Shown here piece after piece: positions 52,728 to 61,400 of a stretch of 64,000 bases of DNA (the stretch's first letter is position 1; the number at the start of each line of letters is the position of its first letter). This DNA comes from Anaerolineaceae bacterium 4572_78 (GTDB lineage Bacteria > Chloroflexota > Anaerolineae > 4572-78). Location: contig NBMH01000005.1 of NCBI GenBank assembly GCA_002084875.1, positions 27,284 through 91,283 on the forward strand. Reading direction: 5' to 3'. Below the pieces are notes generated by a model, which saw only the letters and a program-made list of their open reading frames with translations, searched no databases and was not told where the DNA came from. The translations under genes and the position numbers were made by a program.

Positions 52728-53942
52728 ATGTCTTATTTTCCATCACCTAACGCTGTTCAATTTCTTAGCACACCCCAAGCTAAAGAATGGCTCAAGCGGG
52801 CAGAAGAACTTTCTCTAACTTCACAAACTTATTTAAATGATATTACAACTTTGCGTCGTTCCCTATCTACCGAACAAACTTCTGCGATTGTTGAACAAGT
52901 GTTATTACGCCGACATGGGCGTGAAAAATTTGAGCGAGCTGATGAAATGTTATTCCTACGACAATCCCTTGAACAAGCTACTCACCATGTTCTTGCCACT
53001 TATCGAGCCAAACGTTTTGCTAAGTTATGCCCCACCCCTTCAAATGGGATGGGTATTGCCGACTTAGGATGCGGCATTGGTGGCGACATGCTTGCTTTAG
53101 CACAAGTAGCTGATACCGTCATAGCCGTTGACAATAATCATACTTGCCTTACCTTTGCAAAACATAACGCTAATGTCTACCATCTTGCCAATAAAATTGA
53201 TTTTGTGCATGGAGATATTTTAACCGTTCCAATTGTTCCCCTTGAAGCTATGGCTATTTTTTCTGACCCATCTCGACGCACAGAAACAGGTAGACGTGTC
53301 ATAAATCCTAGTGATTATCAACCATCTCTACATGCCATTATCAATCGTTATGGACATTTACCCATGGGAATTAAAGTCGCCCCAAGTCTTGATTTCAAGC
53401 ATGTAGAATGTGCTTCCGAAATAGAAGTAATTTCCTTGCATGGTGAAGTGAAGGAATCCGTTTTGTGGTTCAATGACCTTGCTACCCCGAATATCAGGCA
53501 TAGGGCAACTTTGCTACCACACAATATTACCATAACAAATGATTTTCCATTGACAGATGATGTGGCAAATTTTGGGGATTATTTGTATGAACCTGATGGG
53601 GCTGTCATTCGGGCAGGTTTAGTGAGACAGCTGGCAAAGTTATTTGATTTGTGGTTAATTGATGAGCATATCGCTTATTTAAGCGGCGACCTTTTGATAC
53701 AATCTGCTTGGCTGAAAGGATATCATATTGAAGCCATCATGCCATTAAATACTAAGAAAATTAATCGCCATGTGAAGGAACACAATATCAGTTACCTCAA
53801 CATCAAACAACGCGGAACTGGCATATCACCTCAAACTTATGCTAAAAAACTAAAGTTGACAAAAAAGGGAATTGAACGTAGTCTTGTTTTGATGCGTCTT
53901 CAGGAAAAACATGTCGCTCTGATTTGTGAACGAGTATGCTAA
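52728..53942 (+). CDS. Class I SAM-dependent methyltransferase (THUMP-like-domain family)
   Basis: 404 aa with SAM motif I GIADLGCGIGGDMLALA. The overall architecture (helical N-terminus, Rossmann core, C-terminal beta-rich domain) fits this family. Confidence 0.6.
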   Translation: MSYFPSPNAVQFLSTPQAKEWLKRAEELSLTSQTYLNDITTLRRSLSTEQTSAIVEQVLLRRHGREKFERADEMLFLRQSLEQATHHVLATYRAKRFAKLCPTPSNGMGIADLGCGIGGDMLALAQVADTVIAVDNNHTCLTFAKHNANVYHLANKIDFVHGDILTVPIVPLEAMAIFSDPSRRTETGRRVINPSDYQPSLHAIINRYGHLPMGIKVAPSLDFKHVECASEIEVISLHGEVKESVLWFNDLATPNIRHRATLLPHNITITNDFPLTDDVANFGDYLYEPDGAVIRAGLVRQLAKLFDLWLIDEHIAYLSGDLLIQSAWLKGYHIEAIMPLNTKKINRHVKEHNISYLNIKQRGTGISPQTYAKKLKLTKKGIERSLVLMRLQEKHVALICERVC

Positions 53943-53999
53943 ATTTTTGTTATGCACTCAATCGCATACTTACCCTTAATTTTTTTCTTAATATCTTTG

Positions 54000-54008
54000 T
54001 GGTATAAT
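54000..54008 (+). promoter_or_regulatory. Extended -10 element TGgTATAAT upstream of the giant gene
   Basis: TG at 54000-54001 and TATAAT at 54003-54008. There is no good -35 element. An R1 copy (54026-54076) would lie in the 5' leader. Confidence 0.35.
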
Positions 54009-54025
54009 CCAGTTAGCAATTTTCT

Positions 54026-54076
54026 CGGGAGCGAAAAAACTTGCTTTTTCATGTCAAGGCAAACCTTGAAGCTCCA
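54026..54076. repeat. Long-form R1 core (diverged) in the leader of the giant gene
   Basis: GGGAGCGAAAAAACTTGCTTTTTCATGTCAAGGCAAACCTTGAAGCTCCAG. Confidence 0.8.
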
Positions 54077-54098
54077 GCATTAACATCAAGAGGTCATC

Positions 54099-57000
54099 GT
54101 GAAACATTTTTTAATTAATCTTATCAGGATAATTGTCATCGTCGCAAACGTATTTCCTGTAAGTGCAGTATTCGCTTACGGAAATTCTCGCTCAAAACCT
54201 GTCAGGTCTGAAGTCAATTCGCCAAGACAAGAAAGGTTTTCAAAACCTTTCTTGTCTGTCCCCTTAGCTGATATTGTCTCTCGCCATGAAAATCAAAATT
54301 ACACTCCTATTTTTGTCAATATTCCTAGCTCGTTGACAATTTCTAAACCCGATTTACATGTCAAAGCAAGCTTTGACCCTCCTATCGAACCCCTCTCCAT
54401 GTGGGAGAGGGGCAGGGGTGAGGACTCAAGTTTTGCTATTCCTGCTTGGTTTATTGGTGACCAATCTGAACCTGATGTTTCGGATTCGGATTCCGATATA
54501 TTGCCTGATTGGTTTACCACTTCATCGTTCCAAATTTACATGCCTATTATTTTTGGAAATTATACATCCCAACCATTACCTCTCACTACCAATAGGTCTA
54601 TCCCTGAATCCGTGCTTGAAGTTACCCTTGAGGGACCTGATGGCAGTAGAAGTGGCATGGTGGCGAGTTTAGGTTCACCTGTCGGTAGCGGGGAAATTTA
54701 TACTGCAACTGTGTTTAATGATTCTGATGAGACCGCTTACGGTGCGTATTTCACTGTGACATGGCCGTCGTTTTTTACATGGGACGGTTATTTGGATGAA
54801 GGCTATTCGGCGGATGCATCATTAACCCTCTCACCAACTGTCGGAGCAAATAGTGCAAAATTTAATCCGAGTGCAACTCTCGATTTAGCCCCTAACGAAA
54901 CTGTTACATTTACATTTAAACTACGAGCAACATGCGTGGCAGAATCGGCACAACAAGCACGAGCAGGAATCCGTTATAACGCCGATGACGGAAGTTCCCC
55001 AGATGATTTAAACACTGGTGGTTTGAATATTACCACAGGTCAAGCAAACTTAGTCATCCGCAAAGACCCTGATTTAAGCAATGTTTCCACATCAGACATG
55101 GGCAAATCGATTACATGGATTGTCACGGTGCAGAATACTGGCTTGGGCATTGCCTACGATGCTTATGTAACTGACACGGGTGGGATTGGGCTTTCGCAGC
55201 CGAGTGGTGATTTGACTCCATCGGCTCATATCGCCTCATTGGGCATCAACAAAAAATTTACCTATACCGTCGTCGGTACAATTGAGGCATGTAACTTCAC
55301 CAATGTTGCACAAGCCGCTTGGACATGTGGCAATGCTGTCGGCGATGCTACACAATCCAATCCCGTCAGTAGCACAGCTTCCGCCATGTTTGATTTGATC
55401 CTTTCCAATCCACAAGTTGATGTCAGCGGGCCGGAAACGTTTGATTATTGTTCTGACATGACCAAAACAATTTATGTGACATTGACTAATAATGGCGGGC
55501 CTGTCGATAATTTTTATTACGATAGCAATCTCGAAGATAACAGTTTTCTAAATGTAATCACCAACACTGTTCCCACCACATGGGATTATAACCCTGCTAC
55601 TGGCATCTTCAGTTATACCGATGGTCCCTCGTCAAACTTGACAGGATTTCTACCTGACCAAAGCGAAAATCCTGAAATTGTCCTTTCGTTTGATGTCAGC
55701 AATGCTGATAGCGTTTGTACCGCAGGTAGCGGTTCGATTTCGCTTACGCCATTTTACAGCGATATTTGTAACAACTTACAAACCAAAATAACTGACATTT
55801 CATGGAATTATAATTATGGCGGGATAACTTTACCCACCTTAGACATAACCAAAACTGCACCCGCCGAAGTAGCCACAGGACAAACTTATGATTATGAAAT
55901 TATAGTTAGAGGCGATAATCCTATCCAAATTGACGGGCGAGTTATCATAACCGATATTCTACCAAATGGTGTTTTATATCAAAGTCATGTCAAATCAACA
56001 GGCAATATTACACAAACAGGTAATACGGTTTATTGGGATTTTGAGCCTGGCATTCTTCCTACATTTGATGAAGCATTGACTATAACAGTTAAGGTTAATG
56101 ATACCAAAGGAGTATGTCCTGCGGGCGATATTTTGAACAATAGAATTACCGCTTCAGCAGATACCTTATGTTCTAGCTGTTCCACATTAACGGCAACCAC
56201 AAATACAGAAACGATAATCATCAATATGCCCACAGGCATTTCTGCTAGTGGCGGCTACAACGGCTCAACACAAACTTGCGATACAGGTATTACTATCTTT
56301 AATCATTTTGATGTCAGCGGCTCAGCCGTTATCACATGGAACGGAGCAACCTATACTGACACACTTGGTTTGAGTGGGGCAAGTTCGTTAACTGAAACTG
56401 CCAACTTTATTTATCAAAGTAATTCATTCGAAGTGTTTGTCAACAACACAGATTATAGCAGTCATGTTACACCCATAATGAAAAATGACAGATTTGTCGT
56501 TGACTTATCTCCATTACATGGGCAGGGAGCATTAACACAAAACATGACCGTCTATTTCACATACACCCTCAACTTTACCGATGCTTCACTAGACAATTCT
56601 TCTGAAACTTTTTTAGATTGGTGGGAATTTTACATGCCAAATGCTGATAGTTGTGCAGGCAATCAATCTTATAACGGTAATATTTCTGTTGACATTGAAC
56701 GCGGTGATCTACAAGCTAGTATTTCACCAAGTATCTTACGTAGCTGTCAAACTAATGTTGCCGAAATTACTGTTTCAGGAGCAGTCACCACATATGAAAC
56801 ATCAGAAATTGTCGTTCAATTTAAGAGTTCCACCGAACAAATTCAATCAGTCGTTGCTCATAACGTTTTCAGTTATACGGGCGGATTAAATGGCATTCCA
56901 GTTACCGTTACCAATGATACCGATATTGGTGGTGGACAGGGCGTTATCACCTTTACATTTGAAAAACCTGTTGACATTAGCAGTACGGGAACTATTCAGT

Positions 57001-58409
57001 TTAATGTCGATGTCGAATGTAGCGATACCGCTTCATGGGCGACTGATGTTTTCTTTGCTTCGCATTGCAACATTGATTACAGCGATAATTTCAGTCAAAC
57101 ACAAAGTTATCTCGAACCTAATCTGACACTTTTCGTCACTCCCATCGAATATAGCGTCTTAACCCGTGATGCCACATGGAAATTTTATATCGCTAATTCA
57201 GGTTGGACAACAGCTACTGATGTAGTCATTACCAATGTCTTTCAAGGCTTATCTGTTATCGGCTATGATGTGGATGATGCTACTGGTTTGAGCGTTACAC
57301 CTCTGCCCGTTACATCGACCAATTATGAAGGTGATGTGACTACTGGCACGGTTGCCTTCACCTTTGCCACTCTTGCTCCTGGAGAAATGCGGGTCATCAC
57401 CGTTAATCAAACTATCGGGCAGTGTTCGCCCTTGAACGTGTGGGTTGATACTGCCTTTGATTGTTTTGGCGAACTATGCGGTCAGCCAAGTGATACTGTC
57501 AAGTACAATATACCACGCCCTTATCTTCTGACCAATAATGAACAAACCGCCGACCTGCCTATGTGCGATATTGGGCATCTTGGATTCACCGTCAAGAACG
57601 CTTCGCCGAATACCTCGCTTTATGAGATGGTCGTTACTGAAACGCTGGAAGCTTTATCCATAGTTGGTGGTCTTCCCATTACTTTGACCATGTATGATGA
57701 AAATCTCAACATCGTTACCCAAACTATCGAATTTACTCCCACTGAAATTATAAGTGGCAATACCACCTATTTGGTTTGGCATTACAACGATGCTCCGACA
57801 AGTACCACTTATCCTGACGGCATTTTTAACGATTTCGCCGCTTTGAATACACTTCATTTTGATTTGCCCATTCAGACCACCTGTTTACCAAATTCTACTC
57901 CTAAATCTTATGGGCAAGCATTCGCACAAGGTCCTTGCGGACAAGATTTAAGTTATGCCGAACAAGCTAAAACTCTTAAGACTTTGCAACCCGACCTAGA
58001 AGTAGAAAAAGTCGGCAAGGGACCAGGCGGCACATTTGGTGAAACCATCTATGCCTCGCCCAACGAACAAGTCGTATGGAAAGTTACCGTTGAAAATAAA
58101 CCAACTGACCATTCTTATGTCGCTCGTCAGGTAAATTTAAAGGACATTTGGCCCAGCAACTTTGAGCTAGCCGTAGGTGGCATCGGCAGTCCTACAGGCA
58201 TTACCCATACCGTCGTCACAGCCAGCAGAGTCATCACATGGCATATCGGCGACATGGAAAAAGCTGATATCTTCGATTTTTATCTAACTGGAACAGTCAG
58301 AGCTGCCGCTGATGCATGCTCCGAACCGACCACCAATGATACCCAACTCGGGAGCTCATGCCTATTCATCTTCATTAACCATCACCATGCCATCGGGTTA
58401 TGTCTATAG
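54099..58409 (+). CDS. Giant surface/adhesin-like protein, part 1 (signal peptide, repeat-element-derived N-terminal region, DUF11/CARDB-like beta-sandwich repeats)
   Basis: 1436-aa ORF, GTG start after AGAGGT. The signal-like N-terminus is MKHFLINLIRIIVIVANVFPVSAVFAYG. It has repeated ..L.I.K......V..G..ITW.VTV.NTG.G.AY.A.VTD.. units. The frame ends at 58409, but the coding signal continues in frame +1. Confidence 0.75.
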   Translation: MKHFLINLIRIIVIVANVFPVSAVFAYGNSRSKPVRSEVNSPRQERFSKPFLSVPLADIVSRHENQNYTPIFVNIPSSLTISKPDLHVKASFDPPIEPLSMWERGRGEDSSFAIPAWFIGDQSEPDVSDSDSDILPDWFTTSSFQIYMPIIFGNYTSQPLPLTTNRSIPESVLEVTLEGPDGSRSGMVASLGSPVGSGEIYTATVFNDSDETAYGAYFTVTWPSFFTWDGYLDEGYSADASLTLSPTVGANSAKFNPSATLDLAPNETVTFTFKLRATCVAESAQQARAGIRYNADDGSSPDDLNTGGLNITTGQANLVIRKDPDLSNVSTSDMGKSITWIVTVQNTGLGIAYDAYVTDTGGIGLSQPSGDLTPSAHIASLGINKKFTYTVVGTIEACNFTNVAQAAWTCGNAVGDATQSNPVSSTASAMFDLILSNPQVDVSGPETFDYCSDMTKTIYVTLTNNGGPVDNFYYDSNLEDNSFLNVITNTVPTTWDYNPATGIFSYTDGPSSNLTGFLPDQSENPEIVLSFDVSNADSVCTAGSGSISLTPFYSDICNNLQTKITDISWNYNYGGITLPTLDITKTAPAEVATGQTYDYEIIVRGDNPIQIDGRVIITDILPNGVLYQSHVKSTGNITQTGNTVYWDFEPGILPTFDEALTITVKVNDTKGVCPAGDILNNRITASADTLCSSCSTLTATTNTETIIINMPTGISASGGYNGSTQTCDTGITIFNHFDVSGSAVITWNGATYTDTLGLSGASSLTETANFIYQSNSFEVFVNNTDYSSHVTPIMKNDRFVVDLSPLHGQGALTQNMTVYFTYTLNFTDASLDNSSETFLDWWEFYMPNADSCAGNQSYNGNISVDIERGDLQASISPSILRSCQTNVAEITVSGAVTTYETSEIVVQFKSSTEQIQSVVAHNVFSYTGGLNGIPVTVTNDTDIGGGQGVITFTFEKPVDISSTGTIQFNVDVECSDTASWATDVFFASHCNIDYSDNFSQTQSYLEPNLTLFVTPIEYSVLTRDATWKFYIANSGWTTATDVVITNVFQGLSVIGYDVDDATGLSVTPLPVTSTNYEGDVTTGTVAFTFATLAPGEMRVITVNQTIGQCSPLNVWVDTAFDCFGELCGQPSDTVKYNIPRPYLLTNNEQTADLPMCDIGHLGFTVKNASPNTSLYEMVVTETLEALSIVGGLPITLTMYDENLNIVTQTIEFTPTEIISGNTTYLVWHYNDAPTSTTYPDGIFNDFAALNTLHFDLPIQTTCLPNSTPKSYGQAFAQGPCGQDLSYAEQAKTLKTLQPDLEVEKVGKGPGGTFGETIYASPNEQVVWKVTVENKPTDHSYVARQVNLKDIWPSNFELAVGGIGSPTGITHTVVTASRVITWHIGDMEKADIFDFYLTGTVRAAADACSEPTTNDTQLGSSCLFIFINHHHAIGLCL
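54194..54257. repeat. Half R2b plus a full R2a inside the giant-gene N-terminal coding region
   Basis: AAAACCTGTCAGGTCT (54194-54209) and AAGACAAGAAAGGTTTTCAAAACCTTTCTTGTCT (54224-54257). They encode KPVRSEVNSPRQERFSKPFLS. Confidence 0.85.
54357..54423. repeat. Half R1 core plus an R3 hairpin inside the giant-gene N-terminal coding region
   Basis: CATGTCAAAGCAAGCTTTGACCCTCC, then CCCCTCTCCATGTGGGAGAGGGGCAGGGGTGAGG. They encode HVKASFDPPIEPLSMWERGRGED. Confidence 0.85.
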
Positions 58410-61400
58410 CAACACCGTTTCACATGACCTCATTCCCAACATCACCAACAGTACAACTTCAAGTGTAACATGGGCTTGGAATCCACAAATTATTACTGGC
58501 TCAACCAACGGCATTCCATTTCAATTTGACCTAGTATTTGCCATGAAAAACGAGCAAGGTATGGGAGCATGTACCATTGGGCTTGATGTGCCGATAACAA
58601 CTACCATGTCCTACCATGACCATCCTACATGTTTTTCCACTGGCTTATCACAAACCACTCGTCATGATGATTTGACCATCTTAAGCACGCAGTTAAATGT
58701 CAACAAAACTCCTGACCAAATTGACCGTGATACTGGTCAGCTCATCGCATGGACAATCAACATATCGAATACAGGAACGGGCGATATTTATGAAGGTTTA
58801 GTCATTACCGACATCGTCGGCAGCAACTTTATCACCGTCACCGCTTATCCTGGTTCTGATGGAATTGTGCCGAGCATTACCGATGGACCTAACAACACCA
58901 CCCTCATTACATGGACAATTCCTGCCACTTACATCTTGCAAGCAAACGGGGCAAACACATGGTCAGCCATTGTAACTGGCATAGTGCGTTCATTAGTGAC
59001 AGGTACGAACCGTAACCGTGTTTATGTCAAAGCAAATTGTTTAGTCGGCTGTACTTATGCCAACATAGTCAGCGACACCTCATTCGTGACCATCTTGCGA
59101 GAATTTAGCAAATCTCCTGACCGCACTGGTCGAGTCGGTGATTTATTGGCTTTTAATCTCGGTACTGGCATGCCCGACAGAGGAGCTTTTTATCAGGACA
59201 TTGCGATTATTGATGCCTTACCCCCAGGCTTGGGTTATGTCGATTCTCACATCGAATACATCTATCAAGGTGGACGTAGCAGTCCTGATATTTCAACCTT
59301 AGCCATTTCCAATACGCCGACCATTACGCCTGGCTTGTATCAAACGGGTAATGTCGAATGGCATTTAGGTTCATATAGTGGTACGATTGACATAAGCGGG
59401 GTCATCACCACTGTCGTTTTAGACGTTTTCACCAATCAGCATGAGATTACCTACACCAACATCGCATTTTTGAACTATAACGATGACACCCAAAGTTATG
59501 CCTTCACCTCGACGGCTGAAACCGAAGTCATCGAGCCTATCCTTCATATCGGCGAATGGTATCACACACCTTATAACGAAAGTTCCAAACTATATTTGGA
59601 GAATTTTAACGATAACACCGCTACATCATTTAGCACAAATGGCACATGGTCAATCATATCGGGAACATATCGTTCAGGCGACACCAACGAAAATTTTGCT
59701 TTCTTCGGCGATAACACATGGACAGATTATAGCTATTCCTTCATGGCTCGTTCTAATGATATTACTGGCTCGATTGGAGCGTATTTCCGTCAAGACGATT
59801 CTGGTACAGCCGATACAGGCTATCGTTTAGAAGTGAACAATTTTCAGTTAAATGTTTATAACGCTGATGATGATTCAGCTATTTTCACCAATGCCTTTAA
59901 ATATAACGTCAATCAATGGCATCATTTTGAAATTCGAACAATCGACGATTTAATCGAGATTTTCGTAGATGGTGAACTATATGGCTCATTTACCGATTCG
60001 ACCCATGCACAAGGGCGAGTCGGTTTATACACCACTGATGACAGCAACGTCGAATTTGACGATATTCTCGTCACCCGCATCGGCGACATGAGCCGTTACA
60101 TCGGAGCGAATGATTTGGTAACATATACCATTACCATTTCAAATCAAGGTGAATTACCAGGCTACAGCCTCATCATCAGCAACGCCATTCCACATGGCAC
60201 CATGCTATACAGCTATACCATGCAATCGGATGATATTGCCCATGCTGTGCAATTTGGACCCGACACGATTTTTACTGATGGAACTGGGCTAGGAGCAACA
60301 GGCGTGTTTACATGGGGAGTCAACCATCTTGTCAATACCACACCTTACACTCCATACAGCCATACTCAACTGGTCATTACAATGGTCTTACAAGTACAGG
60401 ATTGGGTCACAGCAAATACTATTTTAATGAACCAAGTCGAATTAGAATACGGGGCATTTTCACCTGGCACTGCTCCCACGCCGATTGAACGGATTTATTC
60501 AGGTGGACAACATAGCAATGCTATTCAAACGACTGATGGCTATCCCACTAAAACGGGGACTCCGTCTGATGTGACCATTGGTAATTTGGTAACATATACG
60601 ATTATCATGCCGACCGATATAATCACAGCAAATTTGTATGACGTGACCATCAACGACACCCTCGATAACGAATCATGGATTATCAGCATGCAGACTAGCG
60701 GCGGACTCATGCCGACCACATTATTCGACCAAGCCTCGAAAATGGTCACTGCTACCTTCGGCAAAATCACTCATGCCACTCGTGCTTACGTGACCATCAC
60801 AACTCGCATTTCCGATGTGGCGACGTTATTTCATGGCGATATTCTAACCAATAATGCTACCATGTCACATTCTGCCAGTAATGCCGAAACGATTACTACC
60901 ACAAATATTGTTACGGTCAACATCATTGAGCCGATAGTCCACATCGCCGAAAAATATGTCTTAGCCGATGGGCGAGCTTCGCAGTTATGGCTTGAGAATT
61001 TCAATGATAGTACTGCTGACAGTTTTATCGATAATGTCACATGGGCAGTCATATCGAGTACATACATCAACACTGACAGCACAAACACACAAGTTGCTCG
61101 CTTTGGCAATTCGTCATGGACAGATAGCAGTTACTCCTTCATGGTACAGACTCCTGATGGAACGGGAACTATCGGCGGATTCATTCGAGGCAATGGTACA
61201 AATGACGGCTACAGATTCGAGTGGGATGATACTACTGGCATGACGATTGTTGATGCCAATACTGGAATCGCACTTGGAACGCTTAGCACATATCCTCATT
61301 CCATGCTTGACATCAACGACGGCTATAATGCTGACGAATGGTATCATGTCGAAATGACCGCCGTAGGTGAGACCATTTCGGTTTATATCAATGATGAGCT

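Noticed and set aside
58351-58358. The GAGCTC (SacI) site at the giant-gene frame break, as a cloning or engineering scar.
   Set aside because: A 6-bp site is expected by chance many times in 64 kb, and nothing else around it looks synthetic. An indel is the simpler explanation.
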